64,000 bases of DNA, taken from assembly GCA_050246315.1 (NCBI GenBank), contig JBFWWG010000001.1, positions 544,001 to 608,000 of the forward strand, written 5' to 3'. The first letter of the stretch is position 1; each line of letters opens with the position of its first letter. Position numbers and translations under genes: made by a program. This DNA comes from Nitrospiraceae bacterium. GTDB lineage: Bacteria; Nitrospirota; Nitrospiria; Nitrospirales; Nitrospiraceae. Of the stretch, positions 43,096 to 52,564 are shown piece by piece. The notes below the pieces were generated by a model. The model was not told the DNA's origin. It did no database searches and worked only from the letters and a program-made list of their open reading frames with translations.

Positions 43096-44091
43096 ATGAT
43101 CGTGAAGGCCCTGACCCTCGCCCACTATCTCCAACGCGAACCGGTCCCGCCGCTCTGTCTGGTCGAGGGTGAGGAAGAGGAGCTCAGGCGAAACTCGGTC
43201 ACGGTGCTCAAGGACGAGCTCTTGGGTCCCGGCTCGGACGACGTCTTCAACAGTGCCCAATTCTATGCCGACGAGGACGGCGCCGGCAGCATCTTGACCG
43301 CCGCGCGGGAAATCCCGGTCTTCGCTCCCCGGCGAGTCGTTGTCGTCAAACAGGCCGACAAGATCACGGCTCGGGATCAGGACGCCTGGCTCGCCTACTT
43401 GACCGATCCCTGCGAAACGACCGCGCTGATCCTGACGGCGGAGAAGCTCGACAAGCGCTTGAGATGGACGCAGGCGTTGATGAAGCGCGCCTTGGTGGTG
43501 GATTGTGGTCCGTTGAAGGGGACGGCGCTCACGGAATGGATCAGCGGCGAGGCTGCGCGGGTGGATCTGACGATCACCGACGCCGGAATCGAGGTGCTCC
43601 GCGAATCAGCCGGGCACTCGCTGGCATTGATCAAACGGGATTTGGAAAAGCTGGCCTTGACCACGCCGGCCGGGACGGCGGCAGGAGCGGCGGAAGTGGA
43701 AGCGGCGCGCGGAATCGAGCCGGGCGCGTCGGTCTTCGATCTCACCACGGCCATCGGCGCGAAAGATTGCCGTAGGACGCTGGAAATCCTGGCGCGTAAT
43801 TTGGAGGCAGGGGAAGCACCGTTGCGGATCCTCGGCGCATTGGTCTGGCAATACCGGCGCCTCTGGAAGATGAAGGAGCTGTTCGCTCAGGGGAGGAGCG
43901 CCGGTGAAGTCTCTAGACCGCTTGGGATCGAGCCGTACCGGGTGAAGGGCTTTTTCGGCCGCTTCTCCGATCCGCACCTGCGGCGCGCCTTCGAGCTCTT
44001 TGCGGAGACGGATTCGAAACTGAAGGGCGGGAGCACCGGATCGGGAAGGCGCGTGATGGAAACCCTACTGCTCTCCCTCTGCCGAGAGTGA
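43096..44091 (+). CDS. holA: DNA polymerase III delta subunit
   Basis: PVFAPRRVVVVK, KLDKR, DLEKL, SVFDLTTAI, DSKLKG; synteny with leuS and rpsT. Confidence 0.92.
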   Translation: MIVKALTLAHYLQREPVPPLCLVEGEEEELRRNSVTVLKDELLGPGSDDVFNSAQFYADEDGAGSILTAAREIPVFAPRRVVVVKQADKITARDQDAWLAYLTDPCETTALILTAEKLDKRLRWTQALMKRALVVDCGPLKGTALTEWISGEAARVDLTITDAGIEVLRESAGHSLALIKRDLEKLALTTPAGTAAGAAEVEAARGIEPGASVFDLTTAIGAKDCRRTLEILARNLEAGEAPLRILGALVWQYRRLWKMKELFAQGRSAGEVSRPLGIEPYRVKGFFGRFSDPHLRRAFELFAETDSKLKGGSTGSGRRVMETLLLSLCRE

Positions 44092-44169
44092 GGAAGAGTG
44101 GGACAGTCCGCAGGGGGGGGCTGATTGTCCAACTGGCAGGCTGCTAGGGGGCCATACTCAGAAACGCCG

Positions 44170-44236
44170 GCAGGATGTTCAAGAAGACCGCCCAGCGTGG
44201 CGAGAGCGACGCCGGCAGACTTTCTCAACCTCCTGC
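44170..44236. repeat. Internally deleted family-A repeat between convergent holA and rpsT
   Basis: GCAGGATGTTCAAGAAG ... CTTTTCTCAACCTCCTGC inverted ends similar to 9886-10071. Confidence 0.65.
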
Positions 44237-44512
44237 CTATTTGGAAGCAGTCAGTGCGTTGACGCGCAGCGTCAGGCGGGAAATGCGGCGGGAAGCCGTG
44301 TTCCGCTTGATGACGCCCTTGGCCGCAGCGCGGCCGATAACCGAACTGGCCTCGCGCAGCGCCGTTGCCGCTTCGTCCGCCTGCTTCTGTTCCACCGCGG
44401 CCAAGGTCTTCTTGATAAAGGCCTTGACCGTGTTGAGGGTCGTACGGTTCCGAGCGCGGCGGGTTTCCGCTTGCCGGGCGCGCCTGATCGTGGATGTGTG
44501 AACCTGTGGCAT
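44237..44512 (-). CDS. rpsT: 30S ribosomal protein S20
   Basis: RRARQAETRRARN, AAAKGVIKRNTASRRISRL; AAGGAG RBS. Confidence 0.95.
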   Translation of the reverse strand: MPQVHTSTIRRARQAETRRARNRTTLNTVKAFIKKTLAAVEQKQADEAATALREASSVIGRAAAKGVIKRNTASRRISRLTLRVNALTASK

Positions 44513-44648
44513 CGTTCGATAACTCCTTTGAGAAAAAGAATTTCCCTTCTACCACAGCCTTGATTGAAGGGTCAAGAAAGGGTACCCTGCCGGCCTCACG
44601 AAACGCTGGCGGCATTCCCAAGACAACAGTGCGAGCGAACAGTCCATC

Positions 44649-45377
44649 ATGATGACTCACATGCACGTGCGCGATCGGCTCATCCTGGCGCTCGACGTCC
44701 CTTCGGCGGAAGCGGGCATCCGGCTGGTGGAGAAAATCGGCGAATCGATCTCGTTCGTGAAGGTCGGCCTCGAACTCTTCACGGCCGCCGGTCCGGAATT
44801 CGTCCACCGGCTTCGGCAACAGGGGAAGCGGGTGTTTCTCGATCTGAAGTTTCTCGATATCGAAGAAACCGTCCGGCGCGCGACCGCGCAGGTTGCCATG
44901 ATGGGGGTGGATTTTGTGACGGTCCACGCCAACCGCAAGGCCTTGACTGCCGCCGTGCGGGGGCGAAGCCAGGTGCCGAACTCCGCGCTGAAGATCCTGG
45001 CGGTGACCGTGCTGACCAATTACGACTCCCAGGACCTGCGCGAGATGGGCATCCAGAACAGCGTGGCGGAACTCGTCACAGCGCGTGCGGCGCTGGCGGC
45101 CGAGGTTGGTTGCGAGGGCGTGGTGGCGTCAGGGGAGGAGCCGCGGGCGATCCGCCAGCGTGTGGGTGATAAGTTAATGATCGTCACGCCCGGAATCCGG
45201 CCGGCGGGAGTCGAGACCGGCGACCATGCCAGGGCCACGACGCCGGGCCAGGCGATTGCGGCAGGATCGGATTACCTCGTGGTCGGCCGTCCGATTCGCG
45301 ATGCCTCCGATCCGAGGGCCGCAGCCGAAGCCATCCTCGCCGAAATGCAGCGGGCCTTCGACGCGCGGTGCACCTGA
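44649..45377 (+). CDS. pyrF: Orotidine-5'-phosphate decarboxylase
   Basis: LILALD, KVGLEL, FLDLKFLDI, VTPGIRP, VVGRPI. Confidence 0.96.
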   Translation: MMTHMHVRDRLILALDVPSAEAGIRLVEKIGESISFVKVGLELFTAAGPEFVHRLRQQGKRVFLDLKFLDIEETVRRATAQVAMMGVDFVTVHANRKALTAAVRGRSQVPNSALKILAVTVLTNYDSQDLREMGIQNSVAELVTARAALAAEVGCEGVVASGEEPRAIRQRVGDKLMIVTPGIRPAGVETGDHARATTPGQAIAAGSDYLVVGRPIRDASDPRAAAEAILAEMQRAFDARCT

Positions 45378-45380
45378 AAG

Positions 45381-45475
45381 AGTGCTGGGTTCTGAGTGCT
45401 GAGTAGAGACCATGAACGAAGACAAAGCTCATACTCTGTGCAAGACATGCTCTTCCGAAGGGCTCAGCACGTCCT
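45381..45475. repeat. Heptamer arrays after pyrF
   Basis: AGTGCTGGGTTCTGAGTGCTGAG at 45381 (also at 42274-42290 in part) and inverted CTCAGCAC at 45463. Confidence 0.6.
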
Positions 45476-45559
45476 GCGCTCGGTGGCTTGCGAGTCTCGC
45501 GCCAGTTTGTGTACGATAGCCGTTCACGTTAGGGCCTGTCACAGTAAGCACCTCGGGGT

Positions 45560-45637
45560 GGTGAGTGTAGCTCAGTTGGTTAGAGCGCCGGATTGTGGAT
45601 CCGGAGGTCGCGGGTTCGACACCCGTCACTCACCCCA
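45560..45637 (+). tRNA. tRNA-His (GTG)
   Basis: G-1 plus GTGAGTG/CACTCAC acceptor stem, C discriminator, CCGGA-TTGTGGA-TCCGG anticodon arm, GGTTCGAC T-loop, encoded CCA. Confidence 0.97.
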
Positions 45638-45828
45638 CTACATCGCCTCTTCTCTCTCCGCTCTTGTCGGTTCTCACGGTTGTTGCCCCGCTCACACTTG
45701 TTTGGGTATCGGGCTGTGACGCTGATGGATTGCCCATGCTCGGTTCCGCCATTCGAGTCGTGTCACGCCCATGTCCAACTGGACCTCGCCTGATCCGAAA
45801 CGATCGCCTCGGTGCGCTCATCCTTTAG

Positions 45829-45926
45829 GGAAGGTCTGATCAATTCAAAATTCTAGGCCGCGATCAGCCAGATTCCCCGTCTCTTGTACACCTAGCAATC
45901 GAAATTGGGAATTATTCAGACCTTCC
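45829..45926. mobile_element. 98-bp IS5-like MITE with TTAG target duplication
   Basis: GGAAGGTCTGATCAATTC / GAATTATTCAGACCTTCC (16/18 IR), flanked by TTAG on both sides. Confidence 0.8.
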
Positions 45927-45999
45927 TTAGGTTGAAACAACCTGCGTGCCCGGCCGGCAAGCGACTCGCCTTCGTTCGTCAGGCTTGGAATGTTGCAGG

Positions 46000-46432
46000 C
46001 TAACCCACAATGATTCATGAACGCTTCTGCCGCAATCGTGCATTCGCCGCTACGACAGGCTTTGACAGTGGAAGATATTTCTCCTCGGCGACAACGAGCA
46101 CGGAGGAATAGAAATACGGACAGGGGGGCTCTCCGCCGGCGCAGTCACGACAATACGATGAGTAGCCGGTGATTCAAGCGTAGCTTGGTATAGAGGGGCT
46201 CGACCCGACTAGCCGCCGGCTCACACGACGTGCGGTATGGCGGGCGTGCTCGCCTCTCAGTCTCTCAACGAACTGTTTCAAGTACCACTCGGTCCCTCGC
46301 GCCCGCGCCTGGGGGCGCCCATTGCTCCTCTCCACAGCAATGGGTCGAACGCATGGCGACTGCCGTGTACCCGGTGCTCTTCACGATGCAACGGGTGTGA
46401 CGCCACGAGCCGTCATGAATCATGCGGGCTCA
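46000..46432. repeat. Family-D inverted ends (ATGATTCATGA ... TCATGAATCATGCGGGCT) enclosing ~400 bp
   Basis: Both ends homologous to 32159-32232; 11-bp perfect IR ATGATTCATGA/TCATGAATCAT. Confidence 0.55.
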
Positions 46433-46623
46433 GTAAATCTCCAGCCGGCGCAAACCGGAGAAATCCTTTGATAAGGACTGATCCTCAGGCACAATCTTCC
46501 GGTAAGGATCGATTCTCAGGCACATTCCTCGCCCCACTCAGGCTGCTCCTAGGGGCGCTGCTGAAGACCTCTCTGCAACAGTTAAGGGTCCGATGAATCG
46601 GACGTTCGCAACTAGCGGAGGCG

Positions 46624-47040
46624 TTGAAGGCCATGGAGCGATTCTCAAAATTTGAGGTGTGGAAGCGGCCGTGTCGGCCTGGATATAGAAAAGCTTGGCT
46701 TGCGAGTCTCGGGGCTGGGCTCTGTTGTCTAGCCACTTGGCCGACCTGGGCCGCGTTTCCAGATGATCTAACCGCCTGTACCGTCCAAGGCTATGTGTAC
46801 CACAAGGACGGGCAGTTGACCTTTACCCGCGTCGATCATTGTACGGGGGTGCGTGCCGAGGTGATGGACAATGCGCTGCTCCTGAGTTCGCTCCGCCGGC
46901 AGGTGGCGGTGGTGCCGCCCGTGACCCGACGGCAAAGCACGTTTTGGTATCATTGGGGGCGGGGCGAGGCGCATGTCTCGACCGAGACGATCCCAGCCGC
47001 CTCCTGGCCAATCATGAAGTCGACCAGGCTGTCACCCTGA
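46624..47040 (+). CDS. Hypothetical small exported protein
   Basis: Signal-like segment ending WPTWA; no recognised family. Confidence 0.35.
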   Translation: MKAMERFSKFEVWKRPCRPGYRKAWLASLGAGLCCLATWPTWAAFPDDLTACTVQGYVYHKDGQLTFTRVDHCTGVRAEVMDNALLLSSLRRQVAVVPPVTRRQSTFWYHWGRGEAHVSTETIPAASWPIMKSTRLSP

Positions 47041-47401
47041 ACCATCCTCGACTTGACGGTACAGACCGTCTCGTTCACCGTCCCGAACCGGACCCAGTGC
47101 ATCAACGGGGTCTTTCCCGCAAAATCCGCATTCCTCAATAATCCTATCAGTCCCTATTGATTGTCGTCTCCCCAAGGGTCTACGGTGGGGTTCCTACCGG
47201 GAGGTGCCTGCACCCCATCGGACGATCGGGGGACCACCTGCCTCAATTTCAACAACCACCGGACGTGCACGGGCAATCGAGCCGGGTCCACGATCTTTAC
47301 AAACTGCCGGTCGTTGATCGCGAGGAGGGGCCTGCCTATGGCACGGTCGAATCATGCACCAAGGATGCGCCAGCCAGTGGAGTGGCCGTCGTCCACCGCC
47401 A

Positions 47402-47540
47402 CTTGCATGCTGCGGAACAACCCTCTGTTCATCCTTCGAGGGCCTCAGGACGAACGGAGCGGTCATTGAATAGACTGGTGTTTTCGGATCGTGCTGAGCC
47501 TGTCGATGCACACCACTCGAGTTTTTCCTCAACCTGCTAG
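47402..47540. mobile_element. Family-B repeat
   Basis: Close direct match to 49124-49261; ends AACCTGCTAG. Confidence 0.85.
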
Positions 47541-47615
47541 ATCTGATGACAACCGAAGACTGGTGCGCCGGAGCAGAGGTGAGGTAGGCCGCAAAAAGAT
47601 CACGAGAGACGCGCG

Positions 47616-48818
47616 GTGAACACCTATCTGCACCTGCCGGACATCGTATTGGCCATCACGTTGCTGCTCGCGATCAGCGCCGTGGTGATTCCCCTCGCCC
47701 GTCAGCTTGGAATCGGACCGGAACTGGGCCTGTTGTTGTCGGGGGTCATTCTTGGATCATCGCATGTGCTCGGCCAGACTCAGGTCGAACGGCTACGAGA
47801 AGTCTCAGAACTCGGGGTGGTCTTCTTTCTCTTCGTCATCGGACTTGAGCTCGACCTCCGGAAGGCCTGGTCATTACGGCGCTATGCCCTCGGTCTGGGA
47901 CCGGTGCAAGTCCTGGCGACCGGACTGGTGCTGATGGTCTACTGGAGCCTGTTTGCCCCATCCTGGTCGCTGGCCCTGCTCATCGGACTGGTGTTGTCGA
48001 ACTCCTCGACGGCCCTGGTCTTCCAAATACTGGAGAGGAAACACGAACTCGATCAGGAACATGGGCAAGCGGCGTTCGCGGTCCTCTTGTTTCAAGACTT
48101 GACCGTCGTGCCGATCATTGCGCTGGTTCCGGTCTTTGCCGGGACGGGATCGGCTGAGCCGCACGCGTGGTGGAAGGTGCTGCCGGCCCTCGGCCTGATG
48201 GCCATCGTCTTCGTCATCGGCCGCCGAGTCTGGCCTGTGCTCTTTCGCCTATCGAGCTCACACGGCCTGAAGGAAACGTTTACGGCGGTGCTGTTTGTCG
48301 GCGTGCTGGGTAGTGCCTGGTTGGCGTCGCACGTCGGACTCTCAATGGCGGTGGGGGCCTTCCTCATGGGAGTGGCGCTGTCGAGCACCGAGCACCGAGA
48401 GCAGCTTAGGCAAGAAGTCATGCCGTTCAAGAATCTCTTGCTGGGACTCTTCTTTGTGTCGATGGGTCTCAGTATAGACGTGAGCGTCTTGAGCGGACAC
48501 ACAACCAGAATACTGATACACGTCCTGGCGATCGTCACGATAAAAATAGCCGTGCTCTATCTCGCGGCTCGAGCCTTCAAGATGGGACATGGTCCTGCCG
48601 CACGTATCTCTTTCCTCCTCGCACAAGCCGGTGAATTCGGCTTTGTGATCTTGGGCACGCTGCTGGCCTCCGGCGTGATGACGGCCACCCAGTTTGCCAA
48701 CGGAATCATGGTCATCGCCCTGACGACCATTATGACGTCGTGGCTTGATTATCTTGGTGTGCAGTGGAGTCGCTGGGAGCCATCGACGACCAACAAGCGG
48801 ACCGGGGCGTCCACATGA
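47616..48818 (+). CDS. CPA2 cation:proton antiporter (KefB/KefC-like membrane domain only)
   Basis: SELGVVFFLFVIGLEL, SSTALV, AVLLFQDL, PFKNLLLGLFFVSMG, LAQAGEFGFV; no C-terminal KTN domain. Confidence 0.88.
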   Translation: MNTYLHLPDIVLAITLLLAISAVVIPLARQLGIGPELGLLLSGVILGSSHVLGQTQVERLREVSELGVVFFLFVIGLELDLRKAWSLRRYALGLGPVQVLATGLVLMVYWSLFAPSWSLALLIGLVLSNSSTALVFQILERKHELDQEHGQAAFAVLLFQDLTVVPIIALVPVFAGTGSAEPHAWWKVLPALGLMAIVFVIGRRVWPVLFRLSSSHGLKETFTAVLFVGVLGSAWLASHVGLSMAVGAFLMGVALSSTEHREQLRQEVMPFKNLLLGLFFVSMGLSIDVSVLSGHTTRILIHVLAIVTIKIAVLYLAARAFKMGHGPAARISFLLAQAGEFGFVILGTLLASGVMTATQFANGIMVIALTTIMTSWLDYLGVQWSRWEPSTTNKRTGAST

Positions 48819-49123
48819 ACTGCGCTGGGAGCAGTGATGGAGGTAAACATGTCTTGTGGACAGGCTGTTGCCAGATGCAGGAGCTGTTCTCACCGGTCAA
48901 TTTTTCCACTTCCCTACCGGATGGGAAACCAGGTAATCTGGCACTCTGCACGGTTTCCTTAACCCGCAGAAACCACCTGCATGGTGAGAAGCCTTGGGTA
49001 CGCTCACGCTCCGAGAGGAGAGGTGCGATGAGGGACGCGGATATTGCTGACAACGGGGATTCCCGCATAGTGTGAGCGATGGTGTCCCGCTGCATGTCAT
49101 CGCGATAGTCTGCGATGACATAA

Positions 49124-49261
49124 CTAGCAGGATGCGGAAAATCCCTCCGTTCATCCTTCGAGGGCCTCAGGACGAACGGAGCGGTCATTGAATAGACCGG
49201 TGTTTTCCGATCGTGCTAAGCCCGTCGAAGCACACACATCGAGTTTTCCGTAGTCTGCTGG
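49124..49261. mobile_element. Family-B repeat
   Basis: CTAGCAGGATGCGGAAAA ... TTTTCCGTAGTCTGCTGG ends; same internal sequence as the other copies. Confidence 0.85.
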
Positions 49262-49294
49262 ACTACATGGCCTCGAGCAGAAAGGGAGCATGAT

Positions 49295-51583
49295 ATGAAG
49301 ATGCAGACGCCGACGGACGAGTGCACGCTGCCAGAATTGTGGAGCGACCTCTACCAAACGTGGGCGCGGAGTGTCTCCGCCACCTGGAAGCTCCCTGACA
49401 TATCCGACCCGCAGCCGGCCGAGCCCTCGGCATCGACAATTCAACTGCCCTGGCAGGCTGCCTTGGACTACTGGGTGGACGCCTGGCAGCGCACCATCCT
49501 GTTCTGGGATGTGCTGCGCCAGCGCAGCGACCAATACGACGCACAGAAGGCAAAAGCGGTCCCGCACGTGCTCACGTTCGACTCCGAACTGGTCCTGGAC
49601 GGTCGGACTTTCGATCGACCGGTCAACTATGGGCTGGTCAGGATCAAGCCGCCGGAAGGGGTGACCGTCGGCCAGAAAAAACGTCCATTCGTGGTGGTGG
49701 ACCCGCGCGCCGGGCACGGGCCCGGCATTGGCGGCTTCAAAGCCGACAGCGAACTCGGCGTCGCAATGCGCGCCGGTCATCCCTGCTACTTCGTGGGCTT
49801 CTCCCCCGACCCGATGCCCGGACAGACCATCGAAGACATCATGCTGGCCGAGGCGCGGTTTCTGGAAAAGGTCATTGCACTTCACCCTGACGCCGAGGGC
49901 AAGCCCTGCGTGATCGGCAACTGCCAGGCCGGCTGGGCGGTCATGATGTTGGCCGCGATTCGCCCGGACCTGTTCGGGCCGATCATCATCGCCGGCTCGC
50001 CGCTGTCCTATTGGGCCGGGATCGAAGGCCAGCACCCGATGCGATACACCAGCGGGCTCCTCGGCGGAAGCTGGCTGACCGCGCTGACCAGCGATCTCGC
50101 GGCCGGCAAGTTCGACGGCGCCAATCTGGTCGTCAATTTCGAGAATCTGAATCCCGCCAACACCCTCTGGACCAAGAACTACAACGTGTGGGCCAAGGTC
50201 GATACCGAGGGGGCGCGCTTTTTGGAATTCGAGAAATGGTGGGGCGGCCATGTCAACCTCGGTGCTGAGGAAATGCAATGGATCGTCGATCAACTGTTCA
50301 TCGGTAACCGGCTGGCCACGGCTGAAATCGTCACCGGGGACGGGGTACGGATCGACCTGCGGAACATCCGCTCGCCCATCGTCTGCTTCTGCTCCAAGGG
50401 GGACAACATCACTCCGCCGCCGCAGGCCCTCGGATGGATCTGCGACCTCTATCAGAAGGATGAAGATCTCCTCGCCCAGGGGCAGACCATCGTGTATGCC
50501 ATCCACGAGAGCGTCGGCCATCTCGGTATCTTTGTCTCCGGAGGAGTGGCCCGCAAGGAGCATGACGAATTCGCTTCCAACATCGATCTGATCGACGTGC
50601 TGCCGCCCGGTCTCTACGAAGCGGTGATGACACGCAAGAGCGCCGACGCGGTCCATCCGGAACTGGTCAGCCACGACTGGATCGTCCGGTTCGAACGGCG
50701 CACTCTCCATGACGTTCGAGCCATCGTCCAACCCGATCCCGAGAACGAGCGCCGGTTTGCGACCGTGCGGCGCGTGTCGGAGATCAATCTCGGGTTGTAT
50801 CGCACCCTGCTGCAACCATTCGTTCGGGCGTTTGCCAGCAAGCAAGGCGCTGAATGGCTCCATACGCTCCATCCTTCCGAGCTGCCCTTCGAGCTCTTCT
50901 CGGACCGCAACCCGCTGATGCGGCACGTCGCCCAGCTTGCCGAGCAGGTGCGCCAACAGCGCCGGCCGGTCCCGCCGGACAACCCGCTGCTCCAGATGCA
51001 GGCCGTGGTTTCGGAGGGGATCATTGCGGCGCTCGACGGCTGGCGTGATCTGCGCGATCGCACATTCGAGCACATGTTCCTGGCGATCTATAGTATGCCG
51101 CTGCTCCAAGCCCTGGTGGGGCTGAGCGCCTCGGATGAGAGTCCCCGCCGGCAGCCGGGAATCGAACCGGAGCGGATGGCCTTCATCCAACGGCGAATCG
51201 CCGAACTCAAGGCCCGGATTGCCGAAGGCGGGATGCGAGAAGCGGCGATCCGCAGCCTGGTCTACATCGGCATGGCGGGACCGGGGGTGGACGAGCGCGC
51301 GTTCAACCAATTGCGTCAGATGCGTGCGAAACACGGCGGCCTGACGCTGGAGGAGTTCAAGCACCTGCTGCGCGAACAGTTCCTTGCCTTGCTGCTCGAT
51401 CCGGACGGCGCGCTCGCCGCGATTCCGAAGATGCTCCCCGACGACGCCCGGGCAAAGGCGCTGACGGCGATCCGGGCGGTCGTCTCGTCCACCGGTGAAG
51501 TGCGTGGTGAACGGGCGGCGCGGCTGGCACGGATCGAGGCGATGCTGGGAGAGCCGGCCCTGGCGGCTCAGTCGGAAGCATAG
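49295..51583 (+). CDS. DUF3141-family alpha/beta-hydrolase (PHA-synthase-like)
   Basis: YWVDAWQRTILFWD, VDPRAGHGPGIGGFK, GNCQAGW nucleophile elbow, GDNITPP, GHLGIF. Confidence 0.88.
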   Translation: MKMQTPTDECTLPELWSDLYQTWARSVSATWKLPDISDPQPAEPSASTIQLPWQAALDYWVDAWQRTILFWDVLRQRSDQYDAQKAKAVPHVLTFDSELVLDGRTFDRPVNYGLVRIKPPEGVTVGQKKRPFVVVDPRAGHGPGIGGFKADSELGVAMRAGHPCYFVGFSPDPMPGQTIEDIMLAEARFLEKVIALHPDAEGKPCVIGNCQAGWAVMMLAAIRPDLFGPIIIAGSPLSYWAGIEGQHPMRYTSGLLGGSWLTALTSDLAAGKFDGANLVVNFENLNPANTLWTKNYNVWAKVDTEGARFLEFEKWWGGHVNLGAEEMQWIVDQLFIGNRLATAEIVTGDGVRIDLRNIRSPIVCFCSKGDNITPPPQALGWICDLYQKDEDLLAQGQTIVYAIHESVGHLGIFVSGGVARKEHDEFASNIDLIDVLPPGLYEAVMTRKSADAVHPELVSHDWIVRFERRTLHDVRAIVQPDPENERRFATVRRVSEINLGLYRTLLQPFVRAFASKQGAEWLHTLHPSELPFELFSDRNPLMRHVAQLAEQVRQQRRPVPPDNPLLQMQAVVSEGIIAALDGWRDLRDRTFEHMFLAIYSMPLLQALVGLSASDESPRRQPGIEPERMAFIQRRIAELKARIAEGGMREAAIRSLVYIGMAGPGVDERAFNQLRQMRAKHGGLTLEEFKHLLREQFLALLLDPDGALAAIPKMLPDDARAKALTAIRAVVSSTGEVRGERAARLARIEAMLGEPALAAQSEA

Positions 51584-51592
51584 GAGGCATTC

Positions 51593-52561
51593 ATGGCGAA
51601 CGGAACGATGGAAAACACAGAGCACCGGGGCACCGGCAAGTATGAAGCGCTGTTGGCCCGCTGTAAGGAGTTGAAGGCGGTCCCGACGGCGGTGGCCCAT
51701 CCATGCGATGACGCCTCGCTCGAGGCCGTGGTCGAGGCGGCCCAGGCCGGGATCATTCGTCCGATTCTCGTGGGACCGGCCGAAAAGATTCGCCGGGCGG
51801 CGAAGGAGTCAAAGCTCGACATCGCGCCTTACGAGATTGTCGATGTCCCCCATAGCCATGCCGCTGCGGCGGCGGCGGTCGAGCTGATCCGGTCGGGCCG
51901 GGCGCAACTCCTGATGAAGGGGAGCCTTCACACCGACGAACTGATGGGCGAGGTGGTCAAGCGCGAGACGGGTCTGAGGACGGCGCGACGAATCAGCCAT
52001 GTCTTCGTGATGGACGTTCCCACCTACCATAAAGTGTTTGCCGTCACCGATGCCGCCATCAACATCTTCCCCAGCCTCGAGGACAAGGTGGATATCCTGC
52101 AGAACGCCATCGATTTCTTCGTGGCGCTGGGCCGGAAACAACCCAAGGTGGCCATCCTCTCGGCCGTGGAGACCGTCAATCCGAAGATCCCGTCCACGAT
52201 TGACGCGGCGGCCCTCTGCAAGATGGCCGAGCGGGGACAGATCCACGGCGGGATCGTGGATGGACCGCTGGCGTTCGACAATGCCGTCAGCGCCGAGGCG
52301 GCCCGAATCAAGAAGATCGACTCCCCGGTAGCCGGCGATCCCGACATCATGCTGGTACCGGACCTCGAGGCCGGGAACATGCTGGTGAAGAACCTGACGT
52401 TTCTTTCGCGGGCCGACGGCGCCGCCCTGGTGCTCGGGGCCCGGGCACCCATCATCCTCACCAGCCGGGCCGATAACCAGCGGACCCGGATGGCGTCGTG
52501 CGCGTTGGCCGCGCTCTACGTGAACGCGCGGGCCGCGAAGGCTGGAGTGGGAGAAGGGTAG
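51593..52561 (+). CDS. pta: Phosphate acetyl/butyryltransferase
   Basis: LMKGSLHT, TDAAINI, DGPLAFDNA, PDLEAGNML, LTSRAD. Confidence 0.88.
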   Translation: MANGTMENTEHRGTGKYEALLARCKELKAVPTAVAHPCDDASLEAVVEAAQAGIIRPILVGPAEKIRRAAKESKLDIAPYEIVDVPHSHAAAAAAVELIRSGRAQLLMKGSLHTDELMGEVVKRETGLRTARRISHVFVMDVPTYHKVFAVTDAAINIFPSLEDKVDILQNAIDFFVALGRKQPKVAILSAVETVNPKIPSTIDAAALCKMAERGQIHGGIVDGPLAFDNAVSAEAARIKKIDSPVAGDPDIMLVPDLEAGNMLVKNLTFLSRADGAALVLGARAPIILTSRADNQRTRMASCALAALYVNARAAKAGVGEG

Positions 52562-52564
52562 GCC

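Noticed and set aside
49151..51700. 849-aa minus-strand ORF
   Set aside because: Antisense shadow of the DUF3141 gene, ending in a repeat
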